From positions 1 to 63,804 of the forward strand of contig JAOZRT010000002.1 of assembly GCA_029940035.1 (NCBI GenBank): a stretch of DNA of 63,804 bases, in the 5' to 3' direction. The notes below the pieces were generated by a model. It ran no database searches. It was not told the origin of the DNA and worked only from the letters and a program-made list of their open reading frames with translations. This DNA comes from Desulfobacterales bacterium. GTDB lineage: Bacteria; Desulfobacterota; Desulfobacteria; Desulfobacterales; B30-G6. Positions 48,494 through 55,705 of this stretch are shown piece by piece. The first letter of the stretch is position 1, and each line of letters begins with the position of its first letter. Both the position numbers and the translations under genes were made by a program.

Positions 48494-50086
48494 ATGAATA
48501 ATCTGCAAACACAAGTTCTTATCATTGGCGGCGGGATTACCGGGGCCGGAATTGCGCGCGATCTGTCCCTCAGGGGAATAAACTGTATCCTGGCGGAGCG
48601 CTACGATGTCAATGCCGGAGCATCCGGCGCCAACCACGGATTGCTTCACAGTGGGGCCAGATATGTATCCAATGATGCCACGGCTGCCGAGGAGTGCCGG
48701 CAGGAAGGCGCACTGCTGAAAAAGCTCGCCCCCGACTGCATCGATGACACGGGCGGCCTGTTTGTGGCTATCCAGGGAGACGATGATAACTTTGTCGCTG
48801 ATTTTCCCGGCCTGTGCGCCCGGTCCGGCATTGAAGCCCGGTCGGTATCCCTTGAAGAGGCCCGCGAAATGGAACCCGTCCTGTCGGACAAGCTGGTGGC
48901 CGCCTACCAGGTCCCGGACGCATCCGTCGACCCGTTTAAGCTCACCCTGGAAAATATTCTCCAGGCACGCTCTTTGGGAAGCACGCTTCTGCGCCACTCG
49001 GAAGTGCTTGGTTTTGAAATCGACCAGCGGCGCATCGTCCGTACGAGGCTGAAGAACCTCCTGACCAATGAAGATTTCTTCGTGGAAGCCGAACAGGTGG
49101 TGAACGCTTCGGGGGCCTGGGCCAAGTCTGTTGCCGCCCTGGCCGGTTGTCCTGTTGATTTGCTCTATTCCAAAGGGAGCCTTCTGGTCACCCATAATCG
49201 CATCACCCAAAAGGTGATCAACCGGCTCCGCCCGTCCTCCAACGCCGACATCCTGGTGCCCGGCGGTACGGTATCCATCCTGGGAACCACCTCTATCCGG
49301 ATTGAAAACCTGGATGCCATCTATCCCACGGTCAAAGAAATCGACTTTATCCTCGAAGAGGGTTCCGCCATGATCCCGGCCCTGGAAAAGACACGCTATA
49401 TTCGTGCCTATTCGGGCGTGCGGCCATTGCTGGGGTCGACCACCGCAGGCGACGACCGCAGTGTGAGCCGCGGATTTGCCCTCCTGGATCACCAGGAAAA
49501 CGGCCTGGACAACCTTGCCACCGTCACCGGCGGGAAATTGACCACGTACCGCCTGATGGCCGAAAAAGCCGCCGATCTGATCTGCTCTCGACTCGGCATA
49601 TCCACACCGTGCCTCACCCGTACGGAGCCGCTCCCTTCCGGGGCCGGCGCCAAATGGACCAAGCCGGGCCTGACACCCAAGCTGTGGGCCAAACATCACG
49701 ACCCGGACGACCTTCTGCTCTGCGAATGCGAGATGGTGCCCAAAAGCGTGGTGGACAGCCTGATCAGCTCCATTCACCAACAGAACGGCACACCCGACCT
49801 GAAAGCATTGGGTGTCCGGAGCCGGATCGGCAAGGGTGCCTGTCAGGGAACGTTTTGTGCTCTGCGCACGAGCGCTTATCTGTATGATGTCGGCGAAGTA
49901 AGCCGCGATGAAGGCCTGAACGGCATCCGGGCCTTTATCTCCGAGCGTTGGCGGGGAATCCGACCCCTTCTGTGGGAAACCCCGCTCATTCAGGCGGAAC
50001 TCCAGGAAGCCATCTACTGCGGCATGTTCGGTTTGGAAATAGGCCAAAAAACAGAGCCACAGAGGTCGGAGGTCGGAAAACAGTAG
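48494..50086 (+). CDS. glpA: anaerobic glycerol-3-phosphate dehydrogenase subunit A
   Basis: It has the FAD motif VLIIGGGITGAGIARDL and the C-terminal BFD-like [2Fe-2S] Cys pattern (CECE....., GKGACQGTFC). Confidence 0.9.
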   Translation: MNNLQTQVLIIGGGITGAGIARDLSLRGINCILAERYDVNAGASGANHGLLHSGARYVSNDATAAEECRQEGALLKKLAPDCIDDTGGLFVAIQGDDDNFVADFPGLCARSGIEARSVSLEEAREMEPVLSDKLVAAYQVPDASVDPFKLTLENILQARSLGSTLLRHSEVLGFEIDQRRIVRTRLKNLLTNEDFFVEAEQVVNASGAWAKSVAALAGCPVDLLYSKGSLLVTHNRITQKVINRLRPSSNADILVPGGTVSILGTTSIRIENLDAIYPTVKEIDFILEEGSAMIPALEKTRYIRAYSGVRPLLGSTTAGDDRSVSRGFALLDHQENGLDNLATVTGGKLTTYRLMAEKAADLICSRLGISTPCLTRTEPLPSGAGAKWTKPGLTPKLWAKHHDPDDLLLCECEMVPKSVVDSLISSIHQQNGTPDLKALGVRSRIGKGACQGTFCALRTSAYLYDVGEVSRDEGLNGIRAFISERWRGIRPLLWETPLIQAELQEAIYCGMFGLEIGQKTEPQRSEVGKQ

Positions 50087-50295
50087 GGAGTAAGGAGAGG
50101 CCAGAAGACAGAGGACAGCGGCCATGTAGGGGCTGGCCTTGTGCCTGCCCGTTTAGGCTGTCAGCGGATAGCGAACCTGAAATCTGGCAATAGTGACAGT
50201 TTTGATCAGGACCTGATCTTATTAACGATTACATAGCGTTATAACCTTCTTCAACCGTTGACAATCCATTAATAGCTCATAATCAGGACAAAACC

Positions 50296-51570
50296 TTGAA
50301 TGATGAAATAAATTGTGATCTTGCGGTTGTCGGTGCCGGTATGACCGGCATGGCGGCATCCCTTTTTGCCGCCAATCGAGGTGTGGATACGGTTCAGATC
50401 GGCGTTGCCAGCCAGATCATCTTTTCCAGCGGTCTTCTGGATCTTCTGGGGGTTCACCCTGTTGAAGAGGGGAACACCTGGGACGATCCCTTCCTGGCAC
50501 TCGATCAATTGATTGCCGACCTGCCGGACCACCCTTACGCCCGGGTCGAAAAAAGCCACATCCTCAAAGCATTCCAGGAGGTAACCGGTTTTCTGGCCGA
50601 GGGAGGGCTGGTCTATCAGGTAAACGAGGGCCGCAACACCCATGTGATTACCTCTCTGGGAACACTCAAACCAACCTATGGCGTACCCCGGACCATGTGG
50701 AACAGCGTCAAGGCCCTTGAAGAAAAAAGACCCGGCCTGATCATCGATATCAAGGGCTTGAGGGGGTTCAGCGCTTTGCAGATAACCGAAACCCTGAAGC
50801 CGGTGTGGCCGGGCCTGCGGCATGCCAGAATTTTATTTCCGGACATGCAAAGCACCCAGGAACTGTACACCGAACCCATGGCCAGGTCTTTGGCGGTCCC
50901 GGAAAATCGGAAAAAACTGGCAGACCTGATTCGGCCCTTGGCAAAGGATGTCGGCATTGTCGGCCTTCCCGCCATCCTCGGTATGCAGGATTCGCATGAT
51001 GTTCAACAGCACCTGGAAGAGATGATCGGCCTCCCCCTTTTTGAAATTCCCACCATGCCACCCTCTATCCCCGGCCTGCGCATTCGGGAAACCTTTGAAA
51101 TGAAACTTCCCGAAAAGGGCGTACGGCTTCAATACCAGAACCGGGTTTCACAGATCAGCAGGGACAAAGATGCCTTTCTGCTGGAGATCGGAAGCAATTC
51201 CCCGGTCTCCCGGGTTCGCGCCAGGGGCGTCATCCTGGCCACCGGCCGTTTTCTGGGCAAGGGCCTTTATGCCGACCGGAAACTCATTCGTGAACCGCTG
51301 CTGAACCTCCCGGTGTATCAGCCGGGCATACGCCCGGATTGGCACCGGTTTGACTTCATGGATCCCCGCGGACACCTGATAAACCGGGCCGGCCTGGAAA
51401 TCGATGACCGTTTCAGGCCGCTTGACAACTCGGGAAAACCAGTCTTTGACAATCTTTTCGCAGCCGGCTCCATCCTGGCTCACCAGGACTGGATGCGTAT
51501 GAAATGCGGCTCGGGCATGGCCATGGCCACGGCCTATGCCGCAGTGAATGCGTTTATTGAAAGGGATTGA
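50296..51570 (+). CDS. glpB: anaerobic glycerol-3-phosphate dehydrogenase subunit B
   Basis: 424-aa ORF with a TTG start. It has the FAD motif DLAVVGAGMTGMAA, follows glpA, and carries a GlpB-like C-terminus (F..L.AAGS.LA). Confidence 0.85.
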   Translation: MNDEINCDLAVVGAGMTGMAASLFAANRGVDTVQIGVASQIIFSSGLLDLLGVHPVEEGNTWDDPFLALDQLIADLPDHPYARVEKSHILKAFQEVTGFLAEGGLVYQVNEGRNTHVITSLGTLKPTYGVPRTMWNSVKALEEKRPGLIIDIKGLRGFSALQITETLKPVWPGLRHARILFPDMQSTQELYTEPMARSLAVPENRKKLADLIRPLAKDVGIVGLPAILGMQDSHDVQQHLEEMIGLPLFEIPTMPPSIPGLRIRETFEMKLPEKGVRLQYQNRVSQISRDKDAFLLEIGSNSPVSRVRARGVILATGRFLGKGLYADRKLIREPLLNLPVYQPGIRPDWHRFDFMDPRGHLINRAGLEIDDRFRPLDNSGKPVFDNLFAAGSILAHQDWMRMKCGSGMAMATAYAAVNAFIERD

Positions 51571-51774
51571 TCATAGGCTGTCCACAAACCGCCGCCTCCG
51601 TATATTCCCCGCCCTTCACGGGAGGGGTAGGAGAGGGTGAGAAACAACAAACTCTTTTTAAATCCACCTTTTCGACCCTAAAATAACGCTCCTAAGCTTA
51701 TTTTCAGGCCTTCTTTAAGGGTCATTGTCTGAGATTTCAATCAATTGGACTGGTCCGACCCCAGAGCTGCTTGC

Positions 51775-52113
51775 TTAGCCCTTGATCAAATGGTCTTTTA
51801 AAACAGAGATGGCCCAGACACGAAACTGAGTTCCACGGGTAGATCTCATCCGATAACCAACCGAAATATTGACATCGAGGGTATAATGGGCAAACTGGTA
51901 TATTTTATCATTAGTGGCAGTTGTTGCATTTTTTGCACATACTTGATTCTAATCCACCTCACCTTCTTTTTAAACTACTGCATTTTATGCAACAGTTGCT
52001 GCTCATTCAAGCTCACCACTCTGATAAATATTCTGAATATGCCTCGAAATTACAGCCTTATCTCGGTCAAACGGCTCAGCTAACTGATTCAAGGTCAGCC
52101 AGACAGTCTTATC
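51775..52113 (-). pseudogene. RhuM-family protein remnant (N-terminal part only, in-frame stops)
   Basis: My reverse translation gives DKTVWLTLNQLAEPFDRDKAVISRHIQNIYQSGELE*...VCAKNATTATNDKIYQFAHYTLDVNISVGYRMRSTRGTQFRVWAISVLKDHLIKG*. The TVWL..Q.AELF.RDK..I.+HI and ISVGYRV.S.RGTQFR.WA blocks are the RhuM signature. Several stops interrupt it, and the remaining ~200 aa of the family are missing. Confidence 0.7.
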
Positions 52114-52134
52114 GCTGCCTGTACGGCGGTGAAC
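52107..52134 (-). repeat. type I-F-like CRISPR repeat relic (single, degenerate)
   Basis: The minus strand reads GTTCACCGCCGTACAGGCAGCGATAAGA. Its first 21 nt differ at one position from the classical I-F repeat GTTCACTGCCGTACAGGCAGC as I recall it. It is a single copy with no array. Confidence 0.35.
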
Positions 52135-52201
52135 CAAACATAGCAACGGAATCAGACCTACAGGAACATCATCTGATGGTTGGAGTCATAGTATATGGTG
52201 G

Positions 52202-52230
52202 CGGTTCATCCCCACGTGTGTGGGGAACAT
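52202..52230 (-). CRISPR. solitary type I-E-like CRISPR repeat
   Basis: The minus strand reads ATGTTCCCCACACACGTGGGGATGAACCG. This matches the I-E repeat architecture GTGTTCCCC-(loop)-GGGGATGAACCG, with a 7-bp GC stem (CCCCACA/CGTGGGG). It is a single copy lying exactly at the truncation point of cas3. Confidence 0.7.
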
Positions 52231-53498
52231 GTGCCAACGCCGACATCGGCCAACAAAGCCTTTTTCCGACTATCGGCCAGCCATGCGTGGCAATAAACCG
52301 TGGCGCTCAGCTCCTGTTCCCACTCATCATGGCCATCTGTGTAGTTCAGGTCGTCTGCTTGATTCTCCGGGAGACATACTGATTTACGAAACGCATTGGA
52401 TAGTTCCCGCGCTCCATGCGCCAATATCAATGAAGGTAGATCGCTGCTGCTTTCGTAAAAGCGGCGATATACTTCACCCACCCTCTTGTACATGGCATTG
52501 GCGGTGGCCATAGTTGGCAATGCCACATACAAACCATCCGCTAATCCTGCACTTAACAAACGGTGTGTCAGAATCAGAGCAGCTTCTGTTTTACCGGCAC
52601 CAGTGACATCTTCGAGAATAAAAAGTTGTGGTTTATCATTTAACTGTTCATTGATTGCGTATTCCTGTAATGGAGTCGGCTGTTTGATAAACGGGAACAG
52701 GTTGCTTAGACCTTGAAACCGGCTCGTTTTCGGCTTTGCGGGCATGGATTGGATCGATTTTTCTGCTAATGGCAGAGCGTGTTTAGACCAATAATCAGAC
52801 AACGCCTCCGGTTCGCTACAGTACTTGAAATAATCCTGGTTTGATCCTAGCCAATCCGCCAGCACTGTGATACCAGCCAGTTGCCAAGAGACGGTTTTCA
52901 GCCGTTGTTTCAAGCCGTTGTCTTGCAGAGCAGCATGATCAAACTCGGAGAGGAATAAACTGTGTATATTCCGTACAAAATGGCTGGCCGCCTCTTCATC
53001 TTCTATTTCAAATAAATTTGAAATTCGGCCACCTGATTTTTTCGGCGGCATGCCGTGATGACCCGTAACAATCTCCAGCCAACACTCAATTTTGCTCAGC
53101 CATTCACCGTTACCGGAAAGCTGTTTTTCAAGTTGAAGAGATAGACTCTCCCCCCATAACCAAAAGCCGAGGGTATCATGCCGCTCAGTATACTGCATCC
53201 TTGGGTTGGCCTTAACCAAATCAGGCGATAGATCTGTTTTCAACCCCTGAAAGGTTCTTGAAAATTTACCCATATCGTGAAGTGCCAAACAAAAGACGAA
53301 AAAGTCACGTAGCCAGCCCGGTTCAACCCCAAGCTGTTCTGCCACGCGAAAACAAAGCGATTTTTTGGGGTTTAGCAAAATCCACCCAACAGCCGCCACA
53401 TCCAAACAATGATATGGCAGCAGGTGATATGAAAAACTACCATCTTCGTTCTTTGAAACCTTCCCCCAATATTTGAAATAAGATGGATAATTGTCCAT
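52206..53498 (-). pseudogene. cas3: type I-E cas3, truncated after HD domain and helicase motif I
   Basis: 430-aa ORF. HD-domain signatures are present (YWGK, YHCLDVAAV, LHDMGKFSRTFQ, VTGHHG), along with LADWLGS, Walker A (TGAGKTEA) and LILAHG. The reading frame leaves cas3 sequence after ...LLADVGVGT (normally VGTIDQ). It then runs into the CRISPR repeat (CSPHTWG*). Roughly the C-terminal half of a normal ~900-aa Cas3 is absent. Confidence 0.85.
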
Positions 53499-53606
53499 TG
53501 TTAAGCTCCAGCGACCAAAGTGGACATAACGTATTGTTTTCTAATATCACCCGCATTTGACAGATGAGGTCAAACTTATCTTTTTTTTATAAAAACTTGG
53601 TTGTTT

Positions 53607-54045
53607 TTATAAAATCCCAAGAAAAAGTTCTGGATTCCCGCCTTCGCGGGAATGACGATTCAGTCTAAGTGCCTGCCGCTCTTTCTCTTTTGGAGACAAG
53701 ACTCCAATAAGTATGCTCAAAATATGAATTGCCCCGCCCACTCCGCTCAAAAAGGCCATCACACCCATCACCCGGCCTCCGATAAAGCCCGGTTTCGGCA
53801 ATGACGGCTGTGTCGCAGAAATAGCATGATCCGATTCGTTGCGGGTGATGGCAATAGCCCGATGGAGGGCCGTCCACTATCATCAAATTGTGGGGAGGTC
53901 CATAATAACGGCAGTTGGCGCAGCAACGGAACCGCTTATCGATGGGTGTATCTTGCCGGGCACGCTGGTACGCGGCAACGAGGGCCTTTATAAAATTTCT
54001 CGGGGTCGCCATGGGAGCACGACGTCTGCTGGGCGGTAATGCCAC
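53607..54045 (-). pseudogene. Cys-rich small protein gene, apparently frameshifted (Cys-rich N-part + TM C-part in different frames)
   Basis: The 53665..54045 ORF encodes ...RFRCCANCRYYGPPH...GYCHHPQRIGSCYFCD. The overlapping 53607..53801 ORF, in another frame, encodes a clean TM helix (VMGVMAFLSGVGGAIHILSILIGVL). No family is recognised, so it could also be two unrelated short ORFs. Confidence 0.3.
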
Positions 54046-54376
54046 AACACACCTCCACAGATGCTCGTATTTGCTTTCCGGTCGGGAGAAAACAAGATCT
54101 TATTTTGTAGGTAAAAAAGGTGGGACGAAACTATTTTTTAGCTGTTCTTCAAAAAACAGTCAAGTTTTTTTTTAAACCAAAGGATCATATTGCTTTACAA
54201 CATTGAGACTGGTCTTGAATCCATCGTTTCTTATTTGTCAGTAATGGGAATGTGCCCCACAAAAAATTCTTACAAATTGAGAATTCAATCAGCATATTGT
54301 AAAATTATTGTTGTCATTTTTACTGGTTCATGCCATATTCAGTTGAACCTTTGACTGGCAAACCAAGGAATAAAAA

Positions 54377-55555
54377 ATGGATATGATACCCAGAAAGGCT
54401 GCAAAAAAAACCCTGCAATATGCCGATCAATACCCGGTCATCACCATCACAGGCCCCAGGCAATCAGGAAAAACAACGCTTTGTAAAATGATTTTTCCCC
54501 AAAAGGACTATGTGTCCCTTGAGGACGTTGATGTGCGCAATTTCGCGCAGCAGGACCCTCGGGGATTTTTAAGCAGATTTCCCAAGGGGGCGGTGATTGA
54601 TGAAATTCAGCGCGTTCCCGACCTGCTGTCTTATATTCAAACCATTGTGGATCACAAACAGGAAGCCGGTTTTTTCATCCTCACCGGCAGTCAGCAATTT
54701 GAACTGTTGGAGGGAATATCCCAATCGTTGGCCGGACGAACCGCTCTTATGCGGCTATTGCCCTTAACGCTCAATGAGGCCTACACCGACAAAAAAGCCG
54801 ATATTTCGCTTGAAAAGGTTCTCTGGACCGGGTTTTACCCCCGGATTTTCGATAAAAAACTGAACCCGACGGAAGCGATGCTTTTTTATGTCAACACCTA
54901 TGTGGAACGAGATCTGCGCATGCTGATCAATATTAAGGACCTCTCCAAGTTTGAAATATTTCTCAAACTCTGTGCCGGCAGGACAGGGCAGATACTCAAC
55001 CTTTCAAGCCTCGGCAATGATTGCGGGATTAACCATACGACAGCCAAAAGTTGGATCTCCGTCTTGGAAGCCAGCTACATCATTAAATTGCTGCGTCCTT
55101 ATTATAAAAATTTCAATAAGCGACTCGTTAAATCACCCAAGCTCTATTTTCTGGACACCGGCCTGGCTTCATTTTTGTTGAATATTCAAAATAAGACCCA
55201 AATGGCCACCCACCCTCTCAAGGGCGCGTTGTTCGAAAGCTTCATCATATCAGAAACCCTGAAACATCGTTTTAATTCGGGGAAAACAGACAATCTTTAC
55301 TATTTCAGGGACAATATCGGCAATGAAGTCGATTTAGTCTGCGATCATGGTATAAATCTGGATGCCGTAGAAATCAAGTCCGGCCAGACCATTGCGTCAG
55401 ATCACTTCAAAGGTCTGAAATACCTTAATAAACTTACAGATTCAATCCGGAATTCTCATGTCGTGTATGGCGGTGACAAGTCCTATGTTATGAACAATGT
55501 AAACGTTGTGAGCTGGAAGCAGCTCCATTCAAATTTGGGCATCAGCAAGGACTAA
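54377..55555 (+). CDS. AAA-family ATPase with C-terminal DUF4143-type domain
   Basis: 392-aa ORF with Walker A (ITGPRQSGKTTL) and Walker B (AVIDEIQRVPDL). The overall layout is that of the AAA_14 + DUF4143 family, which is frequent in variable genome regions. Confidence 0.8.
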   Translation: MDMIPRKAAKKTLQYADQYPVITITGPRQSGKTTLCKMIFPQKDYVSLEDVDVRNFAQQDPRGFLSRFPKGAVIDEIQRVPDLLSYIQTIVDHKQEAGFFILTGSQQFELLEGISQSLAGRTALMRLLPLTLNEAYTDKKADISLEKVLWTGFYPRIFDKKLNPTEAMLFYVNTYVERDLRMLINIKDLSKFEIFLKLCAGRTGQILNLSSLGNDCGINHTTAKSWISVLEASYIIKLLRPYYKNFNKRLVKSPKLYFLDTGLASFLLNIQNKTQMATHPLKGALFESFIISETLKHRFNSGKTDNLYYFRDNIGNEVDLVCDHGINLDAVEIKSGQTIASDHFKGLKYLNKLTDSIRNSHVVYGGDKSYVMNNVNVVSWKQLHSNLGISKD

Positions 55556-55638
55556 CAGCTTGAATTGTGAATAAAAATGAGTTCCTTTACAATCTGCCTG
55601 GATTAAAACACTATGCACCAACATGTAGCGATTTTCTA

Positions 55639-55667
55639 TTGACACCCTACCACGCGCTTTGTATTTT
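55639..55667 (+). promoter_or_regulatory. putative sigma70-type promoter of the Hsp70 cassette
   Basis: The -35 is TTGACA (55639-55644), followed by a 17-nt spacer and a -10 of TATTTT (55662-55667). It lies about 40 nt upstream of the 828-aa ORF start. Confidence 0.3.
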
Positions 55668-55705
55668 TCGGCTCTTACCGAATTGTAAATCAGCTTGGAT
55701 GGCAT

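Noticed and set aside
48479-50125. A 548-aa ORF on the minus strand spans the whole of glpA.
   Set aside because: It is exactly antisense to a gene with unmistakable GlpA motifs. Its translation is low-complexity (G/R/A/P/Q-rich) with no recognisable domain. It looks like a typical shadow ORF produced by codon bias of the sense gene.
51606-51641. The GC-rich hairpin ttccccgcccttcacgggaggggtaggag, which superficially resembles an I-E repeat stem.
   Set aside because: It has the opposite orientation to the real repeat at 52202-52230, a different loop and flanks, and no GATGAACCG-like tail. It is more likely a terminator or short palindromic element after glpB.
52107-52230. Possible CRISPR array.
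   Set aside because: There is only one copy of each repeat type (I-E-like and I-F-like), and the 67-nt spacing fits neither system. I found no other copy of either repeat in the window. I therefore report them as relic repeats rather than an array.
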